NCBI GenBank assembly: GCA_963744835.1
Contig: CAVUVB010000005.1
Span: 61,437 to 125,436 of the forward strand
Source: an uncultured Actinomycetota bacterium
Lineage (GTDB): Bacteria; Actinomycetota; Actinomycetes; Mycobacteriales; Mycobacteriaceae
Length of the DNA: 64,000 nt
Reading direction: 5' to 3'
This document shows, one piece after another, positions 45,387 through 56,204 of the stretch. A program made the translations under genes and the position numbers. The notes under the pieces are model-generated. The model did no database searches, was not told the DNA's origin, and saw only the letters and a list, made by a program, of their open reading frames with translations. Each line of letters starts with the position of its first letter. The first letter of the stretch is position 1.

Positions 45387-46001
45387 GTGTCGAGCAAGGC
45401 TCGTCGCTAGACAGCATGGAAACTCCGCCCACCGGCGTTGCGGAGGGATCGATCCGCTGGCGAGGGATCGGCGCGCGCAAGCGGGCTGGCCACGATCAGG
45501 CACCTCACCCGCCGCTCTCTGGCGCGCTGGCGTCTAATACTCGCGACAGCGTTGGTCGTTGGCACAGTCGGAGTTGCCGCTGGTTTGTTCTTCTTTCAGT
45601 ACCGTCCGGATCAGCGGATCGGCGACGCGGCGGCACATCAGGCAGTCCAGGCGGCTTCGGACGGTGCCGTGGCGGTGGTGTCGTATTCCTATGACCATCT
45701 GGATCGAGATTTCGCCAAGGCGAAGTCGCTGTCGACCGGAGAATTTCTGGCCTACTACAACAAGTTCAGCCAAGATTTCGTCGCGCCGGCGGCGCGGCAG
45801 GGGAAACTTACCGCGACCGCCAAAGTGGTGCGGGCCGCCCTGTCGGAGTTGCATCCGGATTCGGCCGTCGTGTTGGTGTTCCTCAACCAGAACACCGCAA
45901 GCAAGGAAAAGCCAGAACCGTTGATGACAGCCAGCAGCGTCCTGGTAACGCTGAAAAAGGTCAACGGATCCTGGCTGATCGCAAAGTTAGACCCGCTGTG
46001 A
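45383..46001 (+). CDS. Mce-associated membrane protein (Mam), probable frameshift near the 5' end
   Basis: ATGA overlap with the upstream gene; YRPDQ...VSYSYD..DRDF...VLVFLNQ...GSWLIAK. Confidence 0.78.
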
Positions 46002-46129
46002 TGCTCGCGGCCGTCTGTCCTGCGAATCGGCACCCCAGCGACGGAACCGGTGCTACTCTCATCGGTCAACGACGCCGCTGCCGGCGCCGAGCAACCCGTA
46101 TAGGCGGGATTTGCGTCAAGGAGGACGCG

Positions 46130-46654
46130 ATGCGTTCAGCGGGAACGATCGCCACCGCAATATTGGTGGCAGCCAACGTATTCGGTACTATGGGCGCCGC
46201 AACGGCCGGGGCGACAACCAAGGAAGACGTCGCCCTCAACGGAACTTACCGCGCCACGTCCATCGGCGGTATGGCCAAGATCAATCGCCAGTTCAACCCC
46301 GAGGCGACAGTTACCGCCACGTGGACGATCAGCTCCAGCTGCAGCAACTTCGACGAGTGCAGCGGCACGGTGAGGAGCGACCAGGGATGGAGCGCACCGC
46401 TATACATGCATGACGGACTCCAGTGGTATGTCAAACATGATGTACCCAATTGGGAAACGTGCCAGGACGGCACCTCATTCACTGGTCAGCAGACATACTT
46501 TTTCTATCCCGTGGACCCCAACGGTAGCGGTGAAACGCAAATCGGGTCACCGGTACTGGCCGGCAGGGACAAGACAATCGGCCCAAGCGGCGCCTGCGGA
46601 CAAAACCAATGGCTTGTTGTCGAAATGCCACTCCGGCTGGACAAGGTCGGGTGA
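46130..46654 (+). CDS. Secreted Rv2253-like protein
   Basis: RBS AAGGAGG; signal peptide; ALNGTYRATS...WTISSSC...CSG.V.SDQGW...SGACG. Confidence 0.75.
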   Translation: MRSAGTIATAILVAANVFGTMGAATAGATTKEDVALNGTYRATSIGGMAKINRQFNPEATVTATWTISSSCSNFDECSGTVRSDQGWSAPLYMHDGLQWYVKHDVPNWETCQDGTSFTGQQTYFFYPVDPNGSGETQIGSPVLAGRDKTIGPSGACGQNQWLVVEMPLRLDKVG

Positions 46655-46674
46655 TCGGGCGCCCGTGCTCGGCG

Positions 46675-48393
46675 TCAGGTGGGGAACATGTCCTGCCACT
46701 TTTTGGCTGCCGTTGGCTTGACCAAATCTGACTGCTGATAGACGTGGCCATCATCACTCACATATCGACCGGTGCGCGGATCGTAATGTGCGACCGCGAC
46801 CGGCGGTACGGGCCCACGTGTCTTGGGCGCGAAAGCGCTGGGGGCCGCCTGCGGGCGAGCACCATTGACCTTGTCGGGTGGTGAGGGAACCGGGGCTGGT
46901 GTGGGACCGGGCGCTGGAGGAGCCTCTCCCGTTGCAGGAACATCCAGCGGCGCGATGGGCGGAAAATCAGCCGACTGTGTCGACATGTTGGTCGCCGACG
47001 GCAGGGGCGGTGACGCGTATCCCGGCCCCGGCGGTCCGTAGGTTCCTCGCGGCCCCGGCGGTGTGCCGCGCGGGACCGCGCCCGGCGGCAGCGGCGTTCC
47101 CTCTACGGGGCCGAAAATTCTCTGGTCGGCGGTGACCCGGTCGTCGGGCGGAATCCCCTGCGACAGCAGGTTCGGATCCAGCGGAGCGGGGCCTAGCACA
47201 TGTTGGCGCATCGCCAGCGGCATGAATGGCTTGTCGCTGTTGCAGATTTCGACCGTGGGTGCGCGCTTGCCGGGGTGTCCCATGCAGGGATTGTTACGGG
47301 CGCCGCGCACCGAGAGTGGTGAATCCTGAGGCAGTTTGCAATACACCCCGTCCGGAGTGTCGATCACGCGTTCGTCGTCTGGCGATCGCCATTGGCTGGC
47401 CGGCAGGAAGCCGACCGTGCAGATAGGCGGATCGTCGACCGTGAGCGCGAAGTCGCCCACGGCCATACCGTTCTGGTGTTGCGTGGCGTTGGCCGTTTGC
47501 TCGACGGCAACCAGCGGCGGCAGCAACACCAGCAGTTGCTCTAATGAGGGGTGGTAGGTGACGGCGATCTGGCCGACGGTGGTGAGGTTGGCTAGCAGAA
47601 CCGGCAGTGTCGGTTTGATCTGCTCAAGAAGCCGAGACGCCTCGTCCGCGGCTCCAGGGCCGTTCTGCAGCAACGTGCGAACCCGCGAGTCGTCGTTGGC
47701 CAGCACATCCGAGATACCGGCGAGGCTGCGCGCCCAGGTTCTGATCGAATCGGTGGTCTGCGCCTGCGAGTCCAGGAAGGGTCCGCTGTCGTTTATCAGG
47801 GTTCGGGTGCGGTCGACGATGGCGTTGGAGTAATCGGCAATTCGCGAGGTCGAATCCGAGAGTGATCCAAGATCGTAGCCGGACCCGTTGAAGGCCTGGA
47901 ACGACTCGTCGAGTAGTTGACCAAGTTTGTCCTTCGGGATGCTGTTGACCAGAGCACTGACCTGGTCGAGCATGGGCCCGACCGCCTGCGGAATCTTGGT
48001 GTCGCTCATGGCGATAACCGAGCCATTGCGCAGGTACGGGCCCGAGTCTGTTCGTGGCCGCAAATCCACGTACTGCTCGCCGACCGCGGAGACGCTGCGC
48101 ACCTCCGCTTTCAGGTCTGCCGGAATCTTAGGCGAGGTACCAAGGGACAGTGTCGCTTTCGCGCCGTTAGATGTCAGGCTCACCCCCGTCACTTTGCCGA
48201 CTTGCACTCCGCGGTATGTCACGTTGGAAAATCGGTAGAGGCCGCCGGTGGCGGGCAGCTGCAACGTGACCGTCATCCGCCCGATGCCCAGCAGGGTCGG
48301 CGCTTGGATGTAGAACAGAACCATCGCGATTACACCGATGATCCCGACGATGACGAAGATCGCCAGCTGAATTCGGACGAAGCGCGACAGCAT
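46675..48393 (-). CDS. MCE-family protein (MceF)
   Basis: GGLYRFSNVTYRGVQVG, SAVGEQYVDL, YCKLPQD, VRGARN.PC, YDPRTG. Confidence 0.9.
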   Translation of the reverse strand: MLSRFVRIQLAIFVIVGIIGVIAMVLFYIQAPTLLGIGRMTVTLQLPATGGLYRFSNVTYRGVQVGKVTGVSLTSNGAKATLSLGTSPKIPADLKAEVRSVSAVGEQYVDLRPRTDSGPYLRNGSVIAMSDTKIPQAVGPMLDQVSALVNSIPKDKLGQLLDESFQAFNGSGYDLGSLSDSTSRIADYSNAIVDRTRTLINDSGPFLDSQAQTTDSIRTWARSLAGISDVLANDDSRVRTLLQNGPGAADEASRLLEQIKPTLPVLLANLTTVGQIAVTYHPSLEQLLVLLPPLVAVEQTANATQHQNGMAVGDFALTVDDPPICTVGFLPASQWRSPDDERVIDTPDGVYCKLPQDSPLSVRGARNNPCMGHPGKRAPTVEICNSDKPFMPLAMRQHVLGPAPLDPNLLSQGIPPDDRVTADQRIFGPVEGTPLPPGAVPRGTPPGPRGTYGPPGPGYASPPLPSATNMSTQSADFPPIAPLDVPATGEAPPAPGPTPAPVPSPPDKVNGARPQAAPSAFAPKTRGPVPPVAVAHYDPRTGRYVSDDGHVYQQSDLVKPTAAKKWQDMFPT

Positions 48394-49743
48394 CTATCCG
48401 CCGCCTTCCGTCGACGGGATCCCCGGCGCCGGAGCAGCGGGCCCGGGCAGCGGAGCGCTCGGCGGCGGAGCAGCGGGCCCCGGTAGCGGGGCGCTGAACT
48501 CGGGCGGCGCCGCAGCAGGCCCCGGTGCAGGACCGGGCAGCGGAACGCTGAACACCGGAGCGGGCGCCGGCGCAAGACCGGGCGGCGGCGCAGCTTGCGG
48601 CGGAGGCGCAGCTTGCGGCGGAGGGCCGGGCAGCGGCGGATTCACGCCCTGATGCATGGGATCGAGTGTGTAGTTCAGGTAAGGCGGGTCACCGGGTGCC
48701 GGTGGACTAGTGGCCCCCAGCTGCCCCCAGTGCGTTCCCAAGAAGAGTCCTTGCTTGAGGCGCGGGATCGTGATGTCGAGCTCCGCAAAAACGTTGAAAT
48801 AGTCGCCGCGAACTGCTCGATCGACGAAATTTTGCGTGAACGGGAAGACCGCCGCCCCCGAGAGGGCCGCGTCGAGATCCGGTCCGACGTCGGCCAGCGC
48901 GCGGATCGTCGGCTCCAGGTTTTTCAGATTCTTGACCAGGTCGGCCTGGCTGTCATTGATAAGCCTCGTAGTGGTATTGCTGAAGACCCCAAGTCTGTCC
49001 AGGGCCTCCGTCAGGCGTGGCCGCTCTTTGATCAGCACCTCCAACGCCGGGGGGACCTTGCGGAGCGCCTCGGTAAGGACGTCGTGTTGTCCGGCGAAGG
49101 TGGTGGCAAGCTGGTTCAGCGCCCGGATGGAGGCGACGAGGTTGTCGCGCTGTTCGTCGAGTATGCCCACGAACTTGTCCAAGCGGGTCAGCAGATCCCG
49201 AACGGCGCCCGCCCGCCCGGACAGGGCGGCGTTGAAATTGTGGACGATCTCGCCGAACTGCCCCAGGCCTCCGCCGTTGACGACCACCGATAGCGACGAA
49301 AGGGTCTGCTCCGTCGACGGATACGTTGACGCCCGGTTCAGCGGAATGGTGGCGCCCGGTTGCAGTCGCCCCATCCCCGGCTGACCGAGCGGCGGATTGA
49401 GCTCCAAGTGCATCGAGCCGAGCAAGCTCGTCTGACCGACGCTGGCCACCGCGTTGGCCGGGACGACGACATCGCGCTTGACCGAGATTTCGACGTTGGC
49501 GTGCCACCCCTTCACCGTCATCGGGCCGACACTGCCGACAATGACGTCGTCGATCATTACGGGCGAATTCGACTCCAGCGTACCGACATTCGCGATCTCA
49601 ACGTGGTAGGTGTTGGCAGCCGCGCCGGTCTTCGGGCCAGGCAATGGTAGTGAGTTCAAACCGTGGAAGGCGCATCCTGACGCGCTCAGCATGACGCAGC
49701 AGCCAGTGGCGAGCACCCGCCGAACGGCAACCCGGGCGGTCAT
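48394..49743 (-). CDS. MCE-family lipoprotein (MceE)
   Basis: Lipobox LSASGC; NSPVMIDDVIVG, QTSLLGS; Pro-rich tail. Confidence 0.9.
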   Translation of the reverse strand: MTARVAVRRVLATGCCVMLSASGCAFHGLNSLPLPGPKTGAAANTYHVEIANVGTLESNSPVMIDDVIVGSVGPMTVKGWHANVEISVKRDVVVPANAVASVGQTSLLGSMHLELNPPLGQPGMGRLQPGATIPLNRASTYPSTEQTLSSLSVVVNGGGLGQFGEIVHNFNAALSGRAGAVRDLLTRLDKFVGILDEQRDNLVASIRALNQLATTFAGQHDVLTEALRKVPPALEVLIKERPRLTEALDRLGVFSNTTTRLINDSQADLVKNLKNLEPTIRALADVGPDLDAALSGAAVFPFTQNFVDRAVRGDYFNVFAELDITIPRLKQGLFLGTHWGQLGATSPPAPGDPPYLNYTLDPMHQGVNPPLPGPPPQAAPPPQAAPPPGLAPAPAPVFSVPLPGPAPGPAAAPPEFSAPLPGPAAPPPSAPLPGPAAPAPGIPSTEGGG

Positions 49744-51164
49744 GGCTGCGGCCTTTCGGCTGGCAGGGGCCCCGGCAAAGGTGGTGGCGGTGGTGGTGGC
49801 GACTCGTTCGGCACCGTGGGCGCCGGTGGCTGCGGCATCGCCGCTCCCGGTATCCGCGGGAGCGGTACCGACGGGGCCGGGCCGGGCACAATCGAGTCAC
49901 CATTCACGCCGGCATACGCAGACACCGCCGGCGGAATCTCGGGCGGTCCGGGCTTGGGGCCTTCACCACCGGGCGCCAGGCGCGGCTCGGTGTAGATGAT
50001 GTTTTCCGGGCGGGCCGACGGCATCAGGAATGGGTTGATGGGGAACGGAATCTCGTTGAAGTTCATCAGCCGCAACCCGGGGCCCAGAAACAGCGAACAC
50101 AACTTGCCCGTTTCGACCGCGGTGACGTTCTCCATGGGGTTGATATTCGAGCAGCCAGGAATCGGCAACGGAATCAGCGCACCACTGTAGGTGGCATTCG
50201 CGAAGTTCATGACCCCGAACCCGCCGTCGATGGTTCCGGTGTCCGGGTTGTAGTCGTTCATGAAGTTAGCGATCGACGTTGGCGCGAGGTGCAGAATGTT
50301 CTCCAGAGCCATGTGCTTGTCGACGAGCACCTGGGTGACGTTGGCCAACCGCGCAATCTGCTCGCTGGTCGGGTCACGGGTTTCCGCGATGAATCGCTGA
50401 ACTTCGCCGACCGCCGTGGACAGATTGGTCACCGCCGCGTCCAAGTCGGATTTGCTGTCGTTGACCACGCTGGTGAGTGTGGCTAGCCGGTTGTTGAACT
50501 GCACAAGCTGGACGTGGCTGTCCCGCAGCGCGGTGACGAAGGTCTGCAGATTCTTGATGATGTCGACGATGTTGCCGCTGCCGTTGGCGAGGATCCGGCC
50601 CACCCCGGACAGTTGGGCCAACGTTTGATGCAGTTTCTCGCCGTTGCCCTGCCCCAGTGCGTTGGCGGCGCTGTCGATGAATCGGCCGATCGACGTCCCC
50701 GAAACGCCGCTTTTGGGCCCTAAATCCGTTGCCAGCCGCATCAATTGGGTTTTGACCTCGTCCCACTCGACAGGTACAGCGGTGCGTTCGACCGGTATCG
50801 TCGCGCCGTCGGGCATGACGGGACCGCTGTCCCGGTAGGCGGGTGTGAGCTGGACGTAGCGGGCAGCCACCAGGTTCTGTGCGACGATCACCGCTTTCGC
50901 GTCCGCCGGAATGGGCACGTCGTGGTCGACGTGCAAGATCATCTTGGCCCGCGTGCCCACTGGTTGGATGGCGTTGATCGTGCCGACCTTGACCCCAGAG
51001 ACGCGCACCTCGTCCCCCGGATAGATCGCGGTGGTGGTAGTGAAGTACGCGGTGATGGTCTTGGGGCGAAAGAACGTGTTGCGGACCAGCACAGCCCCGC
51101 CGGCAACGACGAGAACCGCCAACGCGATTGCGAGCCAGACCGCCAGCTTGTTGCGCGGGATCAT
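49740..51164 (-). CDS. MCE-family protein (MceD)
   Basis: IYPGDEVRVSGVKVG, LVAARYVQL, VPVEWDE. Confidence 0.9.
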   Translation of the reverse strand: MIPRNKLAVWLAIALAVLVVAGGAVLVRNTFFRPKTITAYFTTTTAIYPGDEVRVSGVKVGTINAIQPVGTRAKMILHVDHDVPIPADAKAVIVAQNLVAARYVQLTPAYRDSGPVMPDGATIPVERTAVPVEWDEVKTQLMRLATDLGPKSGVSGTSIGRFIDSAANALGQGNGEKLHQTLAQLSGVGRILANGSGNIVDIIKNLQTFVTALRDSHVQLVQFNNRLATLTSVVNDSKSDLDAAVTNLSTAVGEVQRFIAETRDPTSEQIARLANVTQVLVDKHMALENILHLAPTSIANFMNDYNPDTGTIDGGFGVMNFANATYSGALIPLPIPGCSNINPMENVTAVETGKLCSLFLGPGLRLMNFNEIPFPINPFLMPSARPENIIYTEPRLAPGGEGPKPGPPEIPPAVSAYAGVNGDSIVPGPAPSVPLPRIPGAAMPQPPAPTVPNESPPPPPPPLPGPLPAERPQP

Positions 51165-52279
51165 TGCGGTCCCCCGATCCGTCCGCCCAACGTACAACCA
51201 GGGCACTCCGGAATGCCGTTGTACGGCCAGGGGACCAGCGACCGCGGCACGGTCGACGGGAAGCCGGGACCGCGAGCTGTGTCAAAGGTGCGGAACCCGA
51301 AGAGGTACTCGAGGAACGGCGCGAAGAGGTTTGGTTGAGCCAGGTTCGGCACGAACGCTGAGTAGGAAAACATGCTGGAAACGGCCTCGCCCACCGTGAT
51401 CTCAAATTTCGCGAGACCAGGCAGCGCTTTGGAGAGGTTGTCGCGGTTCTTCTCCAGCATCGCGGTCACCGAATTCAGCTTTTCCAGCGTCGGCGCCAAC
51501 TTGCTCTCGTTGTCATGTACCACTCCTGAGAGCTGCTGGGCCACTGTGGAAGTCGCGGCCAGCAATTCGACGATCTCCTGCCGGCGTTCTGCCAGAACTT
51601 GGAGCAGGTCATCGGAGTTGAGAATCAGCTTGTTTACTTGCTGGCTGCGTTCGGACAGGATTCCGGTGACATCGCTGGCGCTTTTCAGCAGCTGGCTCAG
51701 TGATTGATTGCGGCTGTTGAGGGTTCGCGACAGCCGGGTCAGCCCGTCAAAGGCTGGGCCCAATTGCGGCGCGATCTGGTTCAGCGTCGCCGACAACGTG
51801 TCCAGCGAGTGGTTCAGCGACCCGGTGTTGGTCCCGGCAGTGTTCGTGGTGAGGTCGCTCACCGCGTCGGTCAACGAGTACGGCGACGACGTGCGCGACA
51901 CCGGGATCACGTCCATCGGGTGCATCATGCCGCCGCCGGCTGACTCCAAAGTCAACATCCGTGCGCCCAGCAGGGTACCGGTCCTGATGTGTGCGCTGGT
52001 GTCCGTCCCGAGCGGAATGTTGCCCTTGAGCGTGAAGGTCACCAGCGCGTTGCCGTTGCGTAACGCCACCTTCGAGACCGAGCCGACCTTGATACCCGAC
52101 ACCGTCACGTCGTTGCCCGGCGCGAGACCGCCGGCTTCAGAAAACAACGCCTGATACCTCACGGAAGTCGCCAGCGACAGCAGCCGGTCGGGCGACAAAC
52201 CAACCAGGATGAGAAGCACGATCAAGACAGCGCCGATGAATCCGGCCTTGATCAATCCAGCCCCGCGGTACTTAAGCAT
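51161..52279 (-). CDS. MCE-family protein (MceC)
   Basis: EAGGL.PGNDV.VSG.KVG, TLLG, SPYSL.DA. Confidence 0.9.
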   Translation of the reverse strand: MLKYRGAGLIKAGFIGAVLIVLLILVGLSPDRLLSLATSVRYQALFSEAGGLAPGNDVTVSGIKVGSVSKVALRNGNALVTFTLKGNIPLGTDTSAHIRTGTLLGARMLTLESAGGGMMHPMDVIPVSRTSSPYSLTDAVSDLTTNTAGTNTGSLNHSLDTLSATLNQIAPQLGPAFDGLTRLSRTLNSRNQSLSQLLKSASDVTGILSERSQQVNKLILNSDDLLQVLAERRQEIVELLAATSTVAQQLSGVVHDNESKLAPTLEKLNSVTAMLEKNRDNLSKALPGLAKFEITVGEAVSSMFSYSAFVPNLAQPNLFAPFLEYLFGFRTFDTARGPGFPSTVPRSLVPWPYNGIPECPGCTLGGRIGGPQ

Positions 52280-53306
52280 GAGGTTCTGCGCACCTTCCCG
52301 CTTCTGACCTGAACAATGGGGCCACCACCGTCTTGCCGTTCAGATCCGTGCCGCGAAGCGTTAAATAGCAGACGTAGTACGGGATGGTGGCGCCCATGCT
52401 GCCCAGTCGCACGAGCTTTTTGTAGTTCTGTGGCATCCGCTGGATTGTGGCGTCAATGCGGTCCTTGTCCTGATCGAGCAGTGGCGCCAGCCGACTCAGC
52501 TGGTCGACCGTGCCGGCCAGCGGGCGCCGCGTATTGGACAGCAGATCCGCGAGTGACGCGGTTCCCTTGCTCAACGAATCGATCGCCGTACCGATGGTGT
52601 TGCGGTCGCCGGATAATCCGCTCACCAGCCGCTCGAGGCGATCGATTGCGCCGGAGAATTTGCCGCCGTCCTTGGAGAGAGTGGCCACCACCGTGTTCAA
52701 GTTGTCGATGAGTTGCCGGACCGTTTGGTCGTTGTCGGCCAGGGCATCTGAGAACGACGTCGTCCTTGAGAACAGCGACTGCAGGTTTCCGCCTTCGCCC
52801 TGGAAGATTTGAATGAGCGATGAAGTCAGCGCGTTCACGTCTTGCGGATTAAAGCCCTGGATAACGGGTTTCAGCCCGCCGAGCAGCAGATCGAGGTCAA
52901 GGGCCGGCGCCGTGCGCTCCACCGGAATCTGGCCCCCGGCCGCCAGCCGCTTGGTCGAGCCCGGGCCGTCGACTAGTTCCAGATAGCGATCACCGACCAG
53001 GTTGAGGTAGCGCACCGCTGCTCTGGTGCCGTTGGTGAGCACGATGTCGCGGTCGGTGTCGAACTTCACCACAACTTTCTTGTCTGGACGCAGCGAGACG
53101 CCGTTGACCGTGCCCACTCGGATCCCGGCGACTCGCACCGACTGCCCTGCCTTCAGACGCGAGGCGTCGTTGAACACTGCTGAATACCCGGTGGTCGAAC
53201 CGGTGCGGTACTGGCCGAAGATGAAGAACAGAAACGCAGTAAGCACCGCCATCACGACCCCGAAGATCGCGAACTTGACCAGCGTCGCGCGCAATGAGCC
53301 TCTCAT
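52272..53306 (-). CDS. MCE-family protein (MceB)
   Basis: VRVAGIRVG, RYLNLVGDRYLEL, PALDLD.LLGG. Confidence 0.9.
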   Translation of the reverse strand: MRGSLRATLVKFAIFGVVMAVLTAFLFFIFGQYRTGSTTGYSAVFNDASRLKAGQSVRVAGIRVGTVNGVSLRPDKKVVVKFDTDRDIVLTNGTRAAVRYLNLVGDRYLELVDGPGSTKRLAAGGQIPVERTAPALDLDLLLGGLKPVIQGFNPQDVNALTSSLIQIFQGEGGNLQSLFSRTTSFSDALADNDQTVRQLIDNLNTVVATLSKDGGKFSGAIDRLERLVSGLSGDRNTIGTAIDSLSKGTASLADLLSNTRRPLAGTVDQLSRLAPLLDQDKDRIDATIQRMPQNYKKLVRLGSMGATIPYYVCYLTLRGTDLNGKTVVAPLFRSEAGRCAEPHA

Positions 53307-54490
53307 CCGCGTTGTCCGACCTGAGCGGGGTTGCGCGGGGGCCCGGCAATCGGCCCGTAGAGCAACTGCTTGAGCCCGTCGAAGTTGATCAATAGCTGCT
53401 GGTTTCCGTACTTCCAGGGGTTGGCACCGGTGTCGGCGACGACATACTTCGCATACTTGCCGAAGGGCACCCTCGGAAGGTCTGTGCACTGCGGGCCACC
53501 CGTCGCCGCAACCCTGGGCAAGTCCGTCGGATATCGATAACGTTCAGTGCCCCATAGCAAAGTGGCCGAAATGTAGATGCCCGGTTCGAGCAGCGGCGGA
53601 GAATGTGACAATACGGCGAGTCCGCCGAAACCGCAGGTGAGGGCCTTGTTGTATTCGTTGGTGAGATCGGTGGTGGGCACCAGCAGATGCAGCACATCCG
53701 TCAACGCCTGCCGGTTGGTGCCGATGACATCGTTGCCGACATTGGCCAACCCGATCGCGCTGATCAGCAGCGCATCCAGATTGCGTTGCTCGTCGACGAT
53801 CGTCTGACTGATCCTCGTCGCATTGCTCACTGTCTTGAGCAGGTCCGGCGACGCATCCCCGTAGGCGCTGGCCACCGCGGGAAAAACCGCGAGGTCGTGG
53901 CTCAGCGCGGGCAGGCTTGGATCCAGCTTCGCCAGAAACGAATCCAAATCGCTGAGCGCCTGACCAATCTTTTCACCCCGACCGCTGAAGGCTTTCGCCA
54001 AAGCCCCTAGGGTCTCGTTGAGCTTGGCCGGGTCGAGCCTGTCCAATACGGACGTGAGTCGTTGGAAGACGGTGTTGATTTCGACCGTGACATGTTGGCT
54101 GTCGAGCACCTGGCCGGCACGCAGGGACTGCGCTGACGGTTGCGCCGGCGGTACCAGGTCGACGAACTTGGCGCCGAATACCGTTGGCGAGGTGATCTGA
54201 ACGAGCACGTTGGCCGGAATCAAGTGCATATTCGAGGGATACATCGCTAAGTGAAGGATGGCTTGACCGTTCGGCCGCGATTCGATTGAGGCGACCCTGC
54301 CCACTTGCACGCCGCGCATCTCCACCTTGGCATTGGGGTTCATCACCAGACCGGCCCGCGGCGAAAGCACGGTTACCGGCGCGGTTTCGGTAAAGCTGCC
54401 CTGGAATAAGCCCACAGCGACGGCGACGATCGCGGCAATCACAGCCACGGTGGCCAGACCAGCCAGTGCGCGTATCCCAGCGTGTTGCAT
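53303..54490 (-). CDS. MCE-family protein (MceA)
   Basis: RAGLVM.P.AKV.MRGVQVG, TVFGAKFV, VEINTVF. Confidence 0.9.
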   Translation of the reverse strand: MQHAGIRALAGLATVAVIAAIVAVAVGLFQGSFTETAPVTVLSPRAGLVMNPNAKVEMRGVQVGRVASIESRPNGQAILHLAMYPSNMHLIPANVLVQITSPTVFGAKFVDLVPPAQPSAQSLRAGQVLDSQHVTVEINTVFQRLTSVLDRLDPAKLNETLGALAKAFSGRGEKIGQALSDLDSFLAKLDPSLPALSHDLAVFPAVASAYGDASPDLLKTVSNATRISQTIVDEQRNLDALLISAIGLANVGNDVIGTNRQALTDVLHLLVPTTDLTNEYNKALTCGFGGLAVLSHSPPLLEPGIYISATLLWGTERYRYPTDLPRVAATGGPQCTDLPRVPFGKYAKYVVADTGANPWKYGNQQLLINFDGLKQLLYGPIAGPPRNPAQVGQRG

Positions 54491-54511
54491 CGAGCTTTTC
54501 CTGTCCTGTCC

Positions 54512-55378
54512 CTATCCCGAGAGGTTGAAGTTTCCGTTGGAGCCGTAGATAGACAGCGAAACCAGCAGCGTCACCGATATCACGACGATCAGCGAGGTAC
54601 GGACCGCATTGCCCGTTGCGACCCCGACGCCCTCCGGTCCACCCGACGCGAAATACCCGTAGTACGTGTGGAGCAACAAGACGGCGAGCGCCATCAGGAC
54701 GGCCTGGAAAAACGACCACAACAAGTCGATCGGGTTCAGGAACGTGTCGAAGTAGTGGTTGTAAAGCCCCCCTGATTGGCCGAACAGCACAACAGTGGTG
54801 AACTGGCTGGCGAGGAACGACAGGATGACGGCGATGCTGTACAGCGGGGCGATCGCGAGCATCCCTGCCACAAGCCTTGTGCTGACCAGATACGAGATCG
54901 GCCGAATCGCCATCGCTTCCAACGCATCTATCTCTTCGCTGATCCGCATCGCGCCCAATTGCGCTGTGACGCCGGCACCGAACGTGGCCGCCAAGCCGAT
55001 CCCGGCGACCACCGGCGCCGCGATCCGGACGTTGATGAATGCCGCCAGGAATCCGGTCAGCGCTTCGATGCCGATGTTGCCCAGCGAGCTATAGCCTTGC
55101 ACCGCGAGCGTGCCGCCCGCAGCCAGCGTCAGGAAACCAACGATCACCACGGTTCCACCGATCATCGCCAACGTTCCTGCGCCCATGCTGATTTCGGCGA
55201 CCAGACGGATGACCTCCCGCCGGTAGTGCACGGTGGCGAAAGGTATGCCGGCGAGCGCCCGGCCGTAGAACAGGGTGTGGTCGCCGATCGAGTTCAAAAC
55301 ACCGACGGGTTTGCGCCACTGGCCGAGGACCCCAAATGTTCGCGGATAGGTCGCTCTTAGCGACTTCATCAACGTCAC
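54512..55378 (-). CDS. MlaE/YrbE permease (YrbEB)
   Basis: TAQLGAMRISEEIDALEAM, ASGGPEGVG. Confidence 0.9.
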   Translation of the reverse strand: MTLMKSLRATYPRTFGVLGQWRKPVGVLNSIGDHTLFYGRALAGIPFATVHYRREVIRLVAEISMGAGTLAMIGGTVVIVGFLTLAAGGTLAVQGYSSLGNIGIEALTGFLAAFINVRIAAPVVAGIGLAATFGAGVTAQLGAMRISEEIDALEAMAIRPISYLVSTRLVAGMLAIAPLYSIAVILSFLASQFTTVVLFGQSGGLYNHYFDTFLNPIDLLWSFFQAVLMALAVLLLHTYYGYFASGGPEGVGVATGNAVRTSLIVVISVTLLVSLSIYGSNGNFNLSG

Positions 55379-55394
55379 GGCATCTCCCCCACCA

Positions 55395-56204
55395 TCACTT
55401 GGTCGTGAACCGGATGCCGATCGCGGTAACAACCACGTTGATGACGAAGAGCGCCATGAACGCATACACCACAGTTTCGTTGACGGCATTGCCCACCGCC
55501 TTGGCTCCCCCGCCAGATATCGTCAATCCCCGATAGCACGCCACCAGGCCGGCGATCAGGCCGAATAACGCTGCCTTGACGCACGAAATGATCACCTCGG
55601 GCACGCCGGTCAGCAACGTGATCCCCGCAGCGAACGCGCCCGGGTTGACGTCCTGCACGAACACCGAGAAGACGTAGCCGCCGACGATCCCGATAATGAC
55701 AACCAGACTGTTGAGCAACAGCGCTACCAGACCGGCCGCGAGCATCCGGGGCGTCACCAACCGTTGGACGGGGTTGATGCCCAGCACCTCCATCGCGTCG
55801 ATCTCTTCGCGGATGGTGCGCGAGCCGAGGTCCGCACACATCGCCGTTGCCCCGGCGCCGGCCACGATCAGCACCGTTACCAGCGGGCCGACCTGGGTGA
55901 CTGCGCCGAACGCAGCACCCGCACCACTGAGATCCGCAGCGCCTAATTCGCGCAGCAGGATGTTGAGGATGAAGCTGACCAGAACCGTGAACGGGATGGC
56001 CACCAACAAGGTTGGAGCCAATGAAACGCGCGCGACGAACCACGCCTGTTCGAGAAACTCACGCCACTGGAACGGCCGGCGGAAGACAAACCTAATCGCG
56101 TCCGCCGCCATCGCGAACAGCCCCCCGATGGACTGCATCGCGCCGGATAAGCCACTCGGCAAGCTGATGCCCGTGGACCAGCGCTCCGCCCCCTTAGTCG
56201 CCAT
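55395..56204 (-). CDS. MlaE/YrbE permease (YrbEA)
   Basis: CADLGSRTIREEIDAMEVLGI, GGAKAVGNAVNETVV. Confidence 0.92.
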   Translation of the reverse strand: MATKGAERWSTGISLPSGLSGAMQSIGGLFAMAADAIRFVFRRPFQWREFLEQAWFVARVSLAPTLLVAIPFTVLVSFILNILLRELGAADLSGAGAAFGAVTQVGPLVTVLIVAGAGATAMCADLGSRTIREEIDAMEVLGINPVQRLVTPRMLAAGLVALLLNSLVVIIGIVGGYVFSVFVQDVNPGAFAAGITLLTGVPEVIISCVKAALFGLIAGLVACYRGLTISGGGAKAVGNAVNETVVYAFMALFVINVVVTAIGIRFTTK

